From the NCBI RefSeq assembly GCF_009914755.1, contig NC_060928.1: a DNA stretch of 64,000 nucleotides; one strand, given 5' to 3'. Below, one piece after another: positions 11,231 through 24,370 of the stretch. The stretch's first letter is position 1. Every line of letters starts with the position of its first letter. The position numbers and the translations under genes were made by a program. This DNA comes from the human T2T-CHM13v2.0 reference genome, Homo sapiens. The notes under the pieces are model-generated. The model saw only the letters and a list, made by a program, of their open reading frames with translations, had not been told where the DNA came from and did no database searches.

Positions 11231-13965
11231 CTATAACAAGTCAGCTACTATACAAACAGAATGTTTCTGAATTCCTACAACAAAGGAAGGGGTGGGGGTA
11301 CAACAGAAATAATTATCATGTCTAATTTATGGAAATCTTTATGAAGGTGGATCTGAGCTCCTCTCTACTCTACAATTCTTATCCAATAACTGCCAGTTCT
11401 GGTCTCCAAACTCGGATGGTGTGCAGGGCAGTGACTTCAAAGGCTGCATGACTGATCCGGGAATGAGAGGGAGGGCAACACCAGAGACTCTGATTACAGG
11501 AAGCTCAACCAACTGGAGCCTCACCAGCGGCGGGATGGCCTGAGAATGTTTTAGGGGGGTAGGGTGGAGAGAGAGGGTTATTTTTGTTTTTCTTGCGCAG
11601 GATAGAGAGAACATCTTAACCTTAAGAAAATATAAATAAGTGACAAGAAAGCACAATGACAGCTGTGACTTGCTAGAAAAAGATGTTTGGGATACACTTT
11701 AGGACAAAAATAGCCATCTTTTACATCTAAAATACCATAGGATGCTCATCTTGAAGAACACCAAATCGACTACCAAACTCTGAAATACAGAAATACATTT
11801 TTCCATGCTTTTTAATATAAATAGTTAGCTTTACAGATTTTGGTGCAAACAGAAGTGAGGTAAATCGAGTGCCAGCCCTTGGCACACTGCCATTCTGAGG
11901 GCTTTCTGTTTACAGGCAGAACATGAAAAAACTTTTGGCCATTCCTAAGTGTTCAGTAATTAAAACAATTTTTTTTTTCAAAAAAAAAAAAATTACAAGG
12001 CTTGTGATTTTGACTAGATTTACTTCTATTGTGAAGCCATGAGCTACTGGGGTGGGTGTCATCAGCCATGCTTACATCCTATCTGTGCTTCTAATAATGG
12101 AGCCAGGTGGCTGGCTCAGAAGAGGTTCTCGATTAATAGCCACTGAGTTAAAATGAGTATATTATTTTTTGATCTTATATGAAGGGATGGTCCTCCTTTC
12201 ACCTGGAGGAAAGCTTGCCACTCAGTATTAGTTTAGAAGAATTTTGATATCATAAAACTACAGTGATGGGATTTGGAAAAACCTGGGGAATCTGAATAAA
12301 GATGAAGAAAGTTTCACAGAGGAGAGGGCAATTGACTTAGGTCTCAGTAGGAGGAAGGAGTGAGTCTGAGCTCCAACTGTGTGCTGGCCGCTGGGCAGAT
12401 CCTGCACATCAACCACCACAGGGGGTAGGTATCGATATTCCCCTTTTCCAGGTAAGGAAAATGAAGATTAAAAAGCTGAAGTAGATTGCTCAGGGAATCA
12501 ACTGATTTAAAATTCAGATCTATTTGGTACCAAAATCTCTGCTGGCCCCTTTTGGGCAAGTTGTTTGAAACCTCAGCACCAAAATTAAGTTCTAAAAGTT
12601 TAGGTAAGGGCCACCTGGTTTAGTCAAAAGCCAAATGAGCTGCAGTAAACACTCTTCTCCTAAGAAACACTGCACACGTCTATCCAGTCCTCTGTAGAGG
12701 AAATGGGCTTTCGAAGCCCAGGGACAGCATGTGCGGTGCCCTCTTGCCATGTGGGGAACTGCTAATAATTTTGTTTGGACTGATCATAGGACTCAGAAGG
12801 GCTAGGGTGAAAGTGAGGGGAGGCAGAGAGCAAGAGTGACTGGGGGCAAAGCTACAAGGGCAGGACTGGGCAGACCCACACACTCAGTGGCGGGTGCTTT
12901 ATCTTTTAGCCAACGGGAAGTACTGGCTAAGTTTCCAGGTCGGGAAGTGATGCACAATCTGAGTTGTAGGAAATCCCTCCAGGAGCAACGTGAAGGATGA
13001 ACTGGTAGAAAGAAAGCCTGGAGGCAGAAAAATTATTAACGTGTATTACAGTACTCCAGATGGAAAGTCTGAGCACCTGAACTAGGGCTATGGCAGTGGT
13101 AAGTGTGAGAGAAAAGGCTCAAGACAGACCCCAAAGACAGGGATTGGTGATTGACTGGATGTGGGTTCTTAGAGAGGATAACCAAAGGCAGCTCCTTTGA
13201 GAACTGTTACCAGGAGAAGAGGTACACACCCTGCTAATTTAAAGCTTAATAAAGACCAAGCCTTAATTTACAATGTCAGGTTCCTTGGGCTAGTGGTCAT
13301 GTGGAAATAAATAAAAAATTATAGTAAAAAGAAATAAAATAAATATTACTTATAAATACTAGAGCAAAATCTAGCAATAGTTACCAATAAAGAGAAATAC
13401 TTGATAGAAGAAACACAGTTAAATAAGTGCCCATGCCATATTAAATAATAGAAAAAATATAAAGCATATATAGCTTTCTGACTAGAAACAAATACATTAC
13501 TTTTGAGTGACTACATGTGATTTCAATTGAGAAAAAGTCTCTACTGAGCAAAAGCTTGGGAGTTCTGGGCTAAAATGGTGCTCCTCAAACCCACCCTGGA
13601 TTTGCTGAGTAAGATGGCATTTTGCTTACTGTTTGTTGTTGTTTGTTCTTTTTTTAAGCAGGCCGATTTGCCACTGATCAGTAAGAAATGGTTTAGAAGA
13701 AAGAGTTAGGGGAAAGGAAATGGAGGAAGAATAAATGTGCCAAAGAGGATAGAAGAGAAAAGATAAAAGCATACTATATTGCAAATACATAGCCGGTATA
13801 AAAACCATCAGATTTTTTAAAGCACTAATTTGATTTTGCTGAGTTCTCCTCTTTAAGGAGCAATGTCGAATGAACTCATTATGAGCAAGAAGATTCACAA
13901 GCAAGTGCCTCTTTTTATAACAACTAACGTCAGCAGTAGGACCAGAGAGTCGTTCTTACCATGTT

Positions 13966-14000
13966 TCAGATGTAGGCAGCTGTCATTCTTGGACCTGTAC
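13966..14000 (-). CDS. LEF1: LEF1 exon 11 coding part: (G)TGPRMTAAYI* (exon 13960-14000, 41 bp including 6 nt of 3'UTR)
   Basis: Acceptor TTTTCTGCAG|GT, stop TGA at 13968-13966, donor CATG|GTAAGA after 13960. Confidence 0.96.
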
Positions 14001-14672
14001 CTGCAGAAAATTGTGTCTTTAACAAATTTTTATTGAAGAGGTTTTTGTACATTCCAAATACGTAGTAGCTACAATATCATGTGAACTTGTTTGCTTTACT
14101 TTTCATGGTTCTTATACCAGCCATTTTTATTTGTGCAGTACAAGTAGTGGCCTTATTTTTAATGAAAGAAAAAAGGAAAATAAATGGGACCTCACTGATG
14201 TCTTGAATTAATGTACAAGAAAGACAAACCCTATCATTATGTTTTAAATTTTTAAAAAACCCAAATCACAAAAGAGATTCTCAAGGGAACACCAGGTAAC
14301 ATCATTTAATCAACATAAAATATTGTATCTTTAAGGAGTTATATAACATAGTAAAAAGGCAAGAGTGTTAAAGCAAAGTAAACACAGACAACAGAAGCAA
14401 AAATAAAACAAACAAACAAACAAAATCCCACAGTTTACAACCAGGATTCCAGGTGACAGGGTTTGGGAAACAGTTTTTACATGTACCTTCCCACAGTCAC
14501 ATTTAAAAGAAGGGTCTTTTAAATTTTTAAAAGAATTTCAGGAAGAAAAAGCAGAGTTAAAGCATCATAAGTTACAGTCACAGAAGAAAGCAGTGTGTAG
14601 AGAGATGCAAACTGCCTTAAAAGGTGTTTGTCAGAAGCCTGAGGATTGACTGGAAAGTCTCATGGTGCCTAC

Positions 14673-14721
14673 CTGATGCAGATTCCTGTAGTTTCTCTCT
14701 CTTCCTCTTCTTTTTCTTACC
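14673..14721 (-). CDS. LEF1: LEF1 exon 10 (49 bp), basic tail/NLS: GKKKKRKREKLQESAS(G)
   Basis: Acceptor CTTCCAG|GGT, donor TCAG|GTAGGC. Confidence 0.97.
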
Positions 14722-14971
14722 CTGGAAGAAGAGAGGTATACTGTCATGTCACAGATTGTACCATGAACACACAGATGAATGTGATGTGGAAGTACAGGCA
14801 GGTGGTCAACAAAGAGGTAAAGATGACTCATTCTCTCTCCCTCTTCACCATCTCTATCTAGAAACAAAGTCAGAAAGCAAGAGAACGGGAGAAAATAGTG
14901 ACCTGGTGACCTTTGTCTCTATAGCTTCATATTTAACATCATCAATATTGACACCGTGGGTAGACACTTTG

Positions 14972-14990
14972 TCTCTCTCTCTCTCTCTCA

Positions 14991-15026
<36 letters not shown>

Positions 15027-15120
15027 GATGTCTTAGAGCTGTGGCCATAGAGCCTTCTCTCTCTCTCTCTCTCACACATACACACACACGGATAATGATG
15101 TCCTAGAGCTGTGGCCATAG
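14972..15120. repeat. Duplicated compound (TC)n(CA)n microsatellite plus 27-bp unique block
   Basis: AATGATGTC(T/C)TAGAGCTGTGGCCATAG at 15024-15050 and 15094-15120, each preceded by (TC)n(CA)n. Confidence 0.9.
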
Positions 15121-15535
15121 GACCCTCTTCAAGGAAAGCCAGCTTAATGAGCCATTCCTTTTCTTACTAACCAACATACTTAGAACCCACTTCTGGTAGT
15201 GCTTAAGATAAACCTTACTGTGAATTCCATTGTCTGATTAAAAGTTCCCTGGTGTTAATTGAGTACCCACAGGCCCTGTGGCACAGAAACGACAAAACCA
15301 AGGAGAAAGGGAGAAGAGAGTGAGAGAACCTGAGAAAACTGAAGATATCTCAAAGACTTATTTCTAGCAATTAAGGACCTTGCTTCCCAAAACAGACAAA
15401 ATAACATGGATATGCACACCATTTTAAATACATTTCAAAACATCTCAATGCCAAATTAAAAAGCTTAGATCCCACTTACAGTGGTCTAATTTTCCCTTTT
15501 CCTTCATAACTACTTTGTCCTCAAAAATAATTTTA

Positions 15536-15830
15536 GGCTGGGTGTGGTGGCTCACACCTGTAATCCCGGCACTTCAGGAAGCCGAGGTGAGCAGATCACG
15601 AGGTCAGGAGTTCAAGACTAGCCTGACCAACATGGTGAAACCCTGTCTCTACTAAAGATACAAAAATTAGCCAGGCGTGGTGGCGTGCGCCTGTAATCTC
15701 AGCTACTGGGGAGGCTGAAGCAGGAGAATCACTTGAACCCGGAGGCAGAGGTTGCAGTGAGCCAGGATTGCTCCACTGGGCCACAGAGTGAGCCTGGGCC
15801 ACAGAGTGAGACTCCATCTCAAAAAATAAT
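15536..15830 (+). mobile_element. AluS
   Basis: GGCTGGGTGTGGTGGCTCACACCTGTAATCCC...GAGACTCCATCTCAAAAA. Confidence 0.92.
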
Positions 15831-16229
15831 AACAATCTTGAAAGAAGACTCCATTATTTTTGATGTGCCGTTTCTCAGGGTCACTGATATCTGCTCTTTG
15901 CCTCAGTGTTGGGGAGGATGATTTCAGTCACCCTTCTGAAGCTGTAAAGCCTCAATGGCCAAGTGACATGAAGAACTATCTTGAGGTGCAGAAATATGCA
16001 CTTTTATAGAGCCACAAAATATATATGGTACAATCTTATAGCCTTTAAAAAAATTATTTGTTAATTTGATTATTACAGCAGACATAAGCTAGAGATATTG
16101 GATATGATATGTGTTCCATTTTAGTTATTTGAAAATACCTGATGCAGGTTGGTCATTTACTATAAGCGGACCATGGCTATACGCTATTAAAATAATTATT
16201 ATTTTGAGACAGGGTCTTGCTCTCATAAC

Positions 16230-16483
<254 letters not shown>

Positions 16484-17863
16484 TAAGTGGGGCTTCTTTC
16501 AAGATTATTAAAGGTGCTCTGGGGACAGGGAGTAGAGAGGGAGTGCACGCTTCTTTCAAGTATCCACAACGGTCCTTTCAATGTAATTACTGCAAGGTTC
16601 AGAAGTTGCTACAAGGTTGTTTCATGTGTCTGGAACTTTATTTCACACTTTCTTCTTTCCCAACCCTTCAACCCGTGTCTCAAGTGTTATCTATTCCATG
16701 AACCTTCTCTGCTCCACACCTTGTTGGTCCATCCCTCAGGCAGAGCTGGGGCTCTTCTTCCTCGCTCCCTATGACCCTGAGCTCACTGCATGACTGAATG
16801 CCTCACAGGTGCTATAATGGGCTCTGTCCCCAGAGCACCACCTGGGTCTCAGCACCACGCTCCCCCACTCACACATGTCTAGAACATAGCCAGCACACAG
16901 TGACCAACTGAGCCTGCACCGTTACGCTTCTACCGCTAAATCAAATAACCTGTTACCTTCTAGGATATCAACCAGTTCTTCAAGAGAATCTACATTTATG
17001 ATAGGCAAAGAGAACTAAGTAGTTTGGATGTATTAATGTCAAGTTATACAAAAACCAAAATTCATGTATGGTAAAAACAAAAAATTTTTTTTGTTAAAAT
17101 TATACGGACTGTATAATATTGGAAAGCATTAAAAACTAAATTGAAAAGTTCTAACATTATAAATATTTGGCTAATCTCACCCAAGAAAATTTGTGCACTA
17201 TTAATTAGCCTGTTATTAGCCAAAGTTAAAAAAACAAGTTCAAATTATAAATCTATGTCATGTAATAGGGTATTTTAATACTGAATAATTGAGATATATA
17301 TTTCACACGATCTCACTGAGGATCAGGATACCATTCTGGCACTAAATGCCTTAATTTTACCTTTATTCTATCCCTGTACAGTACTGTTATTTAAAGAACA
17401 GTATCTTTAGATAAAGTACTATCATTGATCAGCTTCTGTTTGCCTCAGTAATTGAATGACTTATTTTGATTATGATGAAAACACTATGAACGAAGCTGGG
17501 CTTTCCCTTCATTCAAGGAATATGCAAAACAATTTCCTTTAAAAGTTGTGCAGAGGGAAATCTTTAAAGATAAATCACATTACAGTAGCTTTCTTTAAAA
17601 CTACTTTCTTCCCACCCATCAACATGGAGAAGAGAGAGCAGATAGAGAAAGAGATAGAATATGTAGGTGTTTGTTTCATGTCTTTTTAAAAGTTAAAACT
17701 CATTACTTAAGAATTAGAAAAACAAATTTAAAGGCATTCAAGAAGCAATGCTGAATAAAATTCACAGCACAATGAAGTTTACAAAGGTCATATGAGGAAG
17801 ATTAGCTCTCCCCCTTTAGACAAACTACACCCAAAAGACACCTAAGGCAGGATTAGAAGATCC

Positions 17864-18160
<297 letters not shown>

Positions 18161-18316
18161 AGAAGACACTTTTGAAACCCTCTGGGTGAACACTGATCTT
18201 CCTACTTACAGGGCATGGCAGGAGCTCTATATAGAGATGGTAATTGCTGCTCAGAAAACAGAAGCCTGGCTCAGGGGTGAAAATTCTTCAACTACAGCAG
18301 TCTTAAGAAGGCACCG

Positions 18317-18633
<317 letters not shown>

Positions 18634-19285
18634 GAAGGTACTGGAAGACTGAGCTAATCCACTCAGGAGGAGGAAAACCACGTAGATTTTGAAGTCAGAG
18701 TGACCTGGGTGAAAACTTCAGCTTAGCCACCTACTACAAGGCCTTGCATAAATTACCTAAACTCTTCAGCCTCTCAATTTCCTCACCTGAAAAATGGAGT
18801 AATAATATTCATGTAATAGTATTCATTCCACCACTGGGTTGCTGTCAAGAATTTAAGACAGTTCCTAACCATCAGCATATGGTAGTTATTAAGGCAACCA
18901 AAATAACTCAGAAGAGCTGACTATGCTGTTTCCCATAAGTAACAGACAGACTCTTACTTCCTGTGTCAAACTTATATCCAATGTCTGAGCTCCAAACCTT
19001 GACCAGTAAAGTGACTTTTTCTGTGGAGCATATTATAGGAAATAAATTGTGCAACCCATTTCCAGAAATAAGTTTCCATGTGTGCATGACCTCAGATATG
19101 CATCCTTGTCATCATCTCTTGTGAGAACTTGAGCCCCACAGCAGCACCTAAAGCAATGGCTACATATTAAATTGTATATTAATTAACGGCTTCACTCTTG
19201 CTCTTTTAAAAAGAAATAATTTCACTTTTATTAAGACTGACCTGGCTGGCATTTCTAATGCTTGTCTCACGTAGACCCTGAGAAT

Positions 19286-19636
19286 TACTATAGACTGAAT
19301 GTTGTGTTCTCCCAAATACATATGCTGAAATTCTAACCCCCAATGTGATGGTATAATGAGGGAGAGTCTTTGGGAGGTGATCATAGCCTAAGCAAGGAGC
19401 TCTCATGAAGGGGATTAATGTCCTTATAAAAGAGACCCCAGAGCACTCTCTTCCCCCTTCTTCTACCTTGCAAAGATACAGCCAGAAGACTGGGACCAGG
19501 CCCTCACCAGACACCAAACCTGCCTGCACCTTAATCCTGGACTTCACAGGCTCCAGAAGTGTGAGAAATAAACCTGTTGTTTATAACTCACCATGTCCAT
19601 GGTATTTTATTATAGCAGGCTGCATGAACTCAGACA
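19286..19636 (+). mobile_element. MaLR solo LTR (MLT1A/MST-like)
   Basis: TATAGACTGAATG...CCTTATAAAAGAGACCCCAGAG...GTGAGAAATAAA...CTCAGACA. Confidence 0.85.
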
Positions 19637-20007
19637 TAATAACTGCAAAATATTAAATTAACTTAAGAGCTTAAATAGTGAAAATTATTCCCCTCTATAA
19701 AATAAAAGTCTTTGCCCTATCAAGACTACATAAGTGAGATGCTCAAATTCTACAGTAATAAAACAATTGGCACTATAAGTGAGGTATTTCCTGCTGATAA
19801 AATTAGTATGACTTAAACATGATATACCTACACTGAATAGAATATGTGATAGATGCTGGGGTACGATAACATGAAAAAAGATTTTTTTACCCAGTTTTAA
19901 GTAGTCTGTGGCAAAACAGTCACCTGAATACACTGTTTATAAGAAGTGTAAAATAATACAGTCCTTTGGAAAGCAATGTGACAATATGTATGAAGAAATT
20001 TAAAATA

Positions 20008-20350
<343 letters not shown>

Positions 20351-20993
20351 CTATTCAACATAAATAATAGCCCTAAATACAGAAAAAAACTGTTATGTAT
20401 AGACATATTCATTGAAGGAATATTTACATTTGTAAGAAAAACAATAGGAAGCAACTTAAATGTCTAAAAGCAGGAAAAAATAAGATTAAATAAATTGTGA
20501 AATTCACTTAATGGAATATTGATAGACATAAACACTGTGCCATAACAGATAAATGCTTTTTATATATAAGATCGAGAAGTATGCAACAAACATGTATATA
20601 TATACACCCACGCACACAAATATACAAGTAAAAAAAAACCACGCATAGAAAAAATATTAGAAAGTAATATAAGTAGTTATTACTAATGTTGCCTTTACAT
20701 AGTAAGATTATGGTCTTTTTTTAATGTTTCTTTTATCAAATTTTAATAATAAGGTATTAGTTTATTTCAAAAATTTTATTTAAAAGCATTCATTAGCACC
20801 CATAGCAAAAAAAAAAAGATAGCTCGAAGCTTTCATAATGCAATATATCCATGAAATCCTTATTACAAAGTTCATTAACTTCCAAAAAATAAGTAGTACC
20901 AGCATTATATACACCTAAAACACATTTCCTTCTTGAACGCAAAAGAGCGAATGAGTGAGAGTGGAGAGCCACTGGTATGGAGGAGGGGCTTAC

Positions 20994-21101
20994 ATAATTG
21001 TCTCTTGCAGACCAGCCTGGATAAAGCTGCATATGTAGCTGTCTTTCTTTCCGTGCTAATTCATAATATTTAGCCTGCTCTTCACGGGAGAGGGCATGCC
21101 A
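20994..21101 (-). CDS. LEF1: LEF1 exon 9 (108 bp), second half of HMG box: [36 protein letters not shown]
   Basis: Acceptor CTGTTTTAG|TGG, donor TTAT|GTAAGC. Confidence 0.98.
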
Positions 21102-21329
21102 CTAAAACAGAGAGGAAGGAAGAAAAAAACAAAAGTAAGCAAAATAGCAATAGCATATTTTATGTTTCAAAAATCAAAAAATGAAAATATTAAGCATTTA
21201 AACTTTGATTTATTTTTAAATTGCAGAAGACCAAGTGCCAAGTGCCGTAGAAATCTCCTTGGAGTCTAGTGGCTACAGTGAAACTCAAACTTTGGTTTCT
21301 CTATCCTGTTCTCTGATATCACATGAAAC

Positions 21330-21357
21330 ACATCAAAGTCAATCAAAGTGTTCAAAG
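21330..21357 (+). promoter_or_regulatory. Three tandem TCF/LEF motifs (candidate)
   Basis: ACATCAAAG-TC-AATCAAAG-TG-TTCAAAG; motif match only. Confidence 0.35.
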
Positions 21358-23227
21358 TAAAATGATCTCTGTCACCCACCCTTTCTCTTTTCCAATATAA
21401 ATTAAAAAGAACTTTCACTGGTGAACCTCAACACCCAACTTCACTGTTTTTCACAGTTACTAGCATATTCTGATATCTGAGCCCAAGTACTTTTTATTTA
21501 TGCAAAACGTGATAATTTCCAGATGTCTTTTAAAACAGATATACCCTCTCCTCATATGAACACTTTCCCATTTTGTCATATGAAGAGCCTGAAACCTTAA
21601 TCATATGATTATCTATAAAGAAGGACATGAAAAGTCAGCCTGTGTATCTCCATCTCTTCATTGTCTCCTCACACTCATATAGACGCTGTCTATAGGGACA
21701 ACACTGATGACACTGTCCAGTCACACAAGCATTTATGGCTATGGCTTTTAGCCTCCTTCTGATGGACAGCACGGGGCATTATTTAAGTTTGTTTTGCCAT
21801 CTAGAATTTGAGACTGTAATTTCTAATATGAAGAATGTAGCTGCTAATATCCTTCAAACTTTTTGTCTCCTTTTTACATAACTGATTATATAGCACATAT
21901 AACAAAGTCATTTATGTAGGAAAGGTATCTGGGATTTTAAGGGGTTTACATTTGCACACTGCTTTGCATACATCTGCACATGACTCACCCCAGTCCCCAG
22001 CAGACAGTGTTCATGTATTTTCCCAACTTCCCCAATGCCAGGATCTGCCAGCAGAACTTTCCAGGGAGAACCATCTGGGATTTGGGAGAACCACTGTCCA
22101 TGAGGGTATGACACAGAGGCGATGGTAGCTATACAAGGATGAGACCAGAGCCCACACTACGCAAACATACATGCTCACCTGAGCACATACACATGCAAAA
22201 CACACACACACCCCACTCACATGCTCACCTGAGCACATATACCCACATCCACATGCATAACACACATGCTCCTCTGTGCACATAAACTATGTGCACACCA
22301 CACACGCTCACTTTTGTACCCGCATGTGCTCACCTGTGTGCACACACAATCTGTCAGCTGGGAGCCTCCCTGCTCCTGCTCTCCCCCAACTCTCAGGTGT
22401 GGAGCTTCCCATTTTGCTTCCTTCCCATTGCAGGCTATGAGATTCTTTCCCATTCATGGCTGCCCTGCATATTAATTTTGATCTCCCTGTTCATGTTTTT
22501 TAAAATGATTTTTAAATAAGAAGGGAATGGGTGGGTTGGAGGAAGGATAGAGTGAGAGAGGTTGATGAGAGAGAAAAACTTCTCCTAGAGGAGGCTATGT
22601 CTAAGTCCTCATCAACTTGGGCTCAGCCCCTAAAGTGTAGCTAAGAAAACAAACACCTGCTGCTCTTGTTTGACAACAGTACATGAAGCTGATTTCATGA
22701 GACATGACAGCACCTTCCGGCCACACCCCACCTCCAGTTCCAACCACCAGTGCGAGAAGCAGCAGTTCCCACCAGAAGGGTAACAGAGTCCGTTTCCTTT
22801 GAAAGCCCCTTAAAAGTCAGGCAGTCTGTGCTGAAGAGGATAGATGATTTATTGTTTAATTGCTTTAGAAGTGCAGAGCGTGAGGTTAAAAAGCATGACA
22901 CACAGCAGGGCTTGCCCTGAGCCTAAAGCAAATCAGGTGATGTGCTTTTGTTTAAAAAAAAAATTAGAGGGAGGTGCCAGGAAAACAAAACAAAACAACC
23001 CTGGAAACAGTTACCTTAAGTACAGTTCTTTGTACTAGTAGAATAAACATTAGACAAATCGAGCCTGAGAAGAATCTGTGTCTGGGGCAGCAGCAGTGGT
23101 TTAAATTGGGATGGAAAAGTCACACTGCTGCTAGCAACTGACAGCTTTTTAAACCTGGAACACTGACCTAGTATTACAGACCTTCACAGGGAGAAAAACC
23201 AAACTGGATACAAAAGGAAACATCATC

Positions 23228-23402
23228 GTTTTTTGTTGTTGTTGTTGTTGTTGTTGTTTTTAAGAGACAGGGTTTCGCTGTGTTGCTGGAGTACAGTGGT
23301 GTGATCATGGCTCACCGCAGCCTCGAACTCCTGGGCTCCAGCAATCTTCCCACCGCAGCACTGAGCTAGGATTACAGGAATACATTACCAGGCCTGGCTA
23401 AT
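23228..23402 (-). mobile_element. Alu right-monomer (FRAM/AluJ-like) with (GTT)n tail
   Basis: Single diverged monomer in reverse. Confidence 0.75.
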
Positions 23403-23433
23403 CCTTGATTTTGTAAAAGAAAAGCAATATTTA

Positions 23434-23739
<306 letters not shown>

Positions 23740-24154
23740 TTACACAATTAGCTTTAGTGCTAAATAAGGATGATTGGCAAGAGGCAAAGTTTTACCAATA
23801 AGGAAAAAAATTAGGGACAAAAAAAATAAAAGAAGACAGGAAGTCTTCCATTTTAAATTTACTATTTGACAACTATCATTCCCCTATATACAACACCTTT
23901 TATTACTGTATCAGTATAGTTTTACGTAACTTACAGTAGCTGAGAAAACCTGGAATCATAAATACAAATTAACTCCCAAAATAGGTATCAAGTTTGGGTC
24001 TTCTACCCAAACAACGAGGTATTTTTCAGTTAAAACAAGAAACAGGTTGACAAAAAGACCCAAGCTAACGAAACTGAATAAAAGGCAAGGAGGCAAAGTA
24101 GGCATAAACTAAACTATTTATTTACATGTTCCATTGCTTTAAGTCCTCTGATAA

Positions 24155-24370
<216 letters not shown>

